Below are positions 62,823-64,000 of a stretch of DNA of 64,000 bases, piece by piece. Location of the stretch: positions 141,009 to 205,008 of the forward strand of contig CAYSHM010000002.1 in assembly GCA_964430885.1 (NCBI GenBank). The letters run 5' to 3'. The notes under the pieces were generated by a model. The model saw nothing but the letters and a program-made list of their open reading frames with translations. It was not told the DNA's origin and made no database searches. This stretch comes from an uncultured archaeon (GTDB lineage Archaea > Thermoplasmatota > Penumbrarchaeia > JASLWR01). A program made the translations under genes and the position numbers. Each line of letters begins with the position of its first letter. The first letter of the stretch is position 1.

Positions 62823-63733
62823 CTTTGGAACGTAAGTTTGTAAGAGAGAACATTAAGCGAGTTCTATTGAAGGAGAAGCTTCAGAGGGAGACTAGTAGAG
62901 CGGGATTTGGAGGTCTTGACATTCAGCGTACCCCGCATGGGCTTCGTTTGACCCTGACAGCTGAACGTCCAAGATTTGTAATAGGCAGAAGAGGCTCAAC
63001 CATCAAAAGATTGACCCAAGAGATCAAGGATGAGTTTGATCTTGACAATCCACAAATCGAGGTTAAGGATTCAGAACAACCTTCACTTAATTCACAGATA
63101 ATGGCGCAGAAGCTCTCTTCTGCTTTGGAAAGAGGATGGCATTTCAGAAGGGCGGGTCATACGACCCTGAGAAGGATCATGGAAGCTGAAGCAAAGGGCT
63201 GTTTGATTATTATTTCTGGCAAATTGACCGGACAGAGACATAGGACGGAAAAATTCGGCGCTGGGCATATCAAGTTCTGCGGAGATACGGCCCTTCAATG
63301 GATTGACAGGGGTTTTGCAATAGCCAAGAAGAAGCTTGGTGTAATAGGTGTAAAGGTTCTGATAATGAACAAGGATGCGAAACTTCCTGATGAAGTTGAG
63401 ATCGCCGACCCCTCGGAGGATAAAGGTCTGCAGAGGGTGGACTGGGAAACATCTACCACTCCTGCTGATGAGGAGGCTTCTGAAAAGAAGATAGATGAGG
63501 CCCTTGAGGAAATATCTGCTGAATCTGCTGAATCGGTTGAACCTGTTGAACATGCAGAACCTGAGACCAAGAAGAAGATTAAAAAACCTAAAAAGACAGC
63601 GAAGAAGGCTAAAAAAGAGGGCGAATCCAAAGAAAAACCCGCTGAAGAATCGGGAACAACAAGCGAATCGGAAAAGAAGGATGTAAAAGAAACCCCTGCT
63701 GAAGAAAAAGTAGAGGCAAAAGCAGTTGAATAA
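62819..63733 (+). CDS. rps3: 30S ribosomal protein S3 with long charged C-terminal tail
   Basis: RAGFGG, VIGRRG, LERGWHFRRAG, SGKLTG, KLGVIGVKV. Confidence 0.98.
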   Translation: MTLERKFVRENIKRVLLKEKLQRETSRAGFGGLDIQRTPHGLRLTLTAERPRFVIGRRGSTIKRLTQEIKDEFDLDNPQIEVKDSEQPSLNSQIMAQKLSSALERGWHFRRAGHTTLRRIMEAEAKGCLIIISGKLTGQRHRTEKFGAGHIKFCGDTALQWIDRGFAIAKKKLGVIGVKVLIMNKDAKLPDEVEIADPSEDKGLQRVDWETSTTPADEEASEKKIDEALEEISAESAESVEPVEHAEPETKKKIKKPKKTAKKAKKEGESKEKPAEESGTTSESEKKDVKETPAEEKVEAKAVE

Positions 63734-63859
63734 AAAGCAGTTTAAGTTATGGAAGCTGAAGCATCAGAGGATATAAAACAGAATTAGAATCAGTCAAAAT
63801 AATATTTGAGTAGATTAAGATTTGAGATGGATATCATAATGAGGAGAGTGTTTAGGCCA

Positions 63860-64000
63860 ATGGCAAAGCTCAAAGCGAAGGAAATCAGGGAAATGACCAA
63901 GGATGAGCGAGTTGAGAAACTTGAAAAGCTCAGAAGCGAGCTCATGTACGAACGAGGGGTGGCAGCCATGGGTGGTGCTCCGCCTAGTCCCGGCAAACTT
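63860..64000 (+). CDS. rpl29: 50S ribosomal protein L29 (3' truncated by window edge)
   Basis: Translated by hand: MAKLKAKEIREMTKDERVEKLEKLRSELMYERGVAAMGGAPPSPGKL. Follows rps3. Confidence 0.95.
   Translation, partial: MAKLKAKEIREMTKDERVEKLEKLRSELMYERGVAAMGGAPPSPGKL

Noticed and set aside
58971-63743. AAAAAGCAGTTT before rpl3 and after rps3
   Set aside because: Low-complexity 12-mer. The second copy is explained by local duplication of the S3 terminal codons.

Overview
This is an archaeal chromosomal window. The gene set and rRNA layout suggest Thermoplasmatota, probably an uncultured sediment lineage; that placement is my inference. It holds housekeeping genes (ahcY, queD/queC, nadX, PolX-PHP, trkA-trkA-trkH, Lsm, ftsZ, and the rpl3-rpl4-rpl23-rpl2-rps19-rpl22-rps3-rpl29 operon) and a minus-strand 23S-5S rRNA unit with no adjacent 16S. 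There are also about seven large single-pass surface proteins, including an S8 protease. I saw no CRISPR array, tRNA or mobile element. The best leads are: (1) a tightly coupled operon of two Zn-ribbon/TM/OB-fold proteins, an orphan TctA-like permease and a membrane metal hydrolase, followed by a surface LTD-PLD enzyme, which may be a nucleic-acid capture and uptake system; (2) a 78-nt hairpin inserted at the tip of 23S helix 101; (3) a highly structured ~300-nt leader with a canonical C/D K-turn before rpl3; (4) receptor-like membrane proteins with cytoplasmic RING-like or zinc-ribbon tails; (5) a nadX whose conserved N-terminus needs an ACG start or a frameshift.
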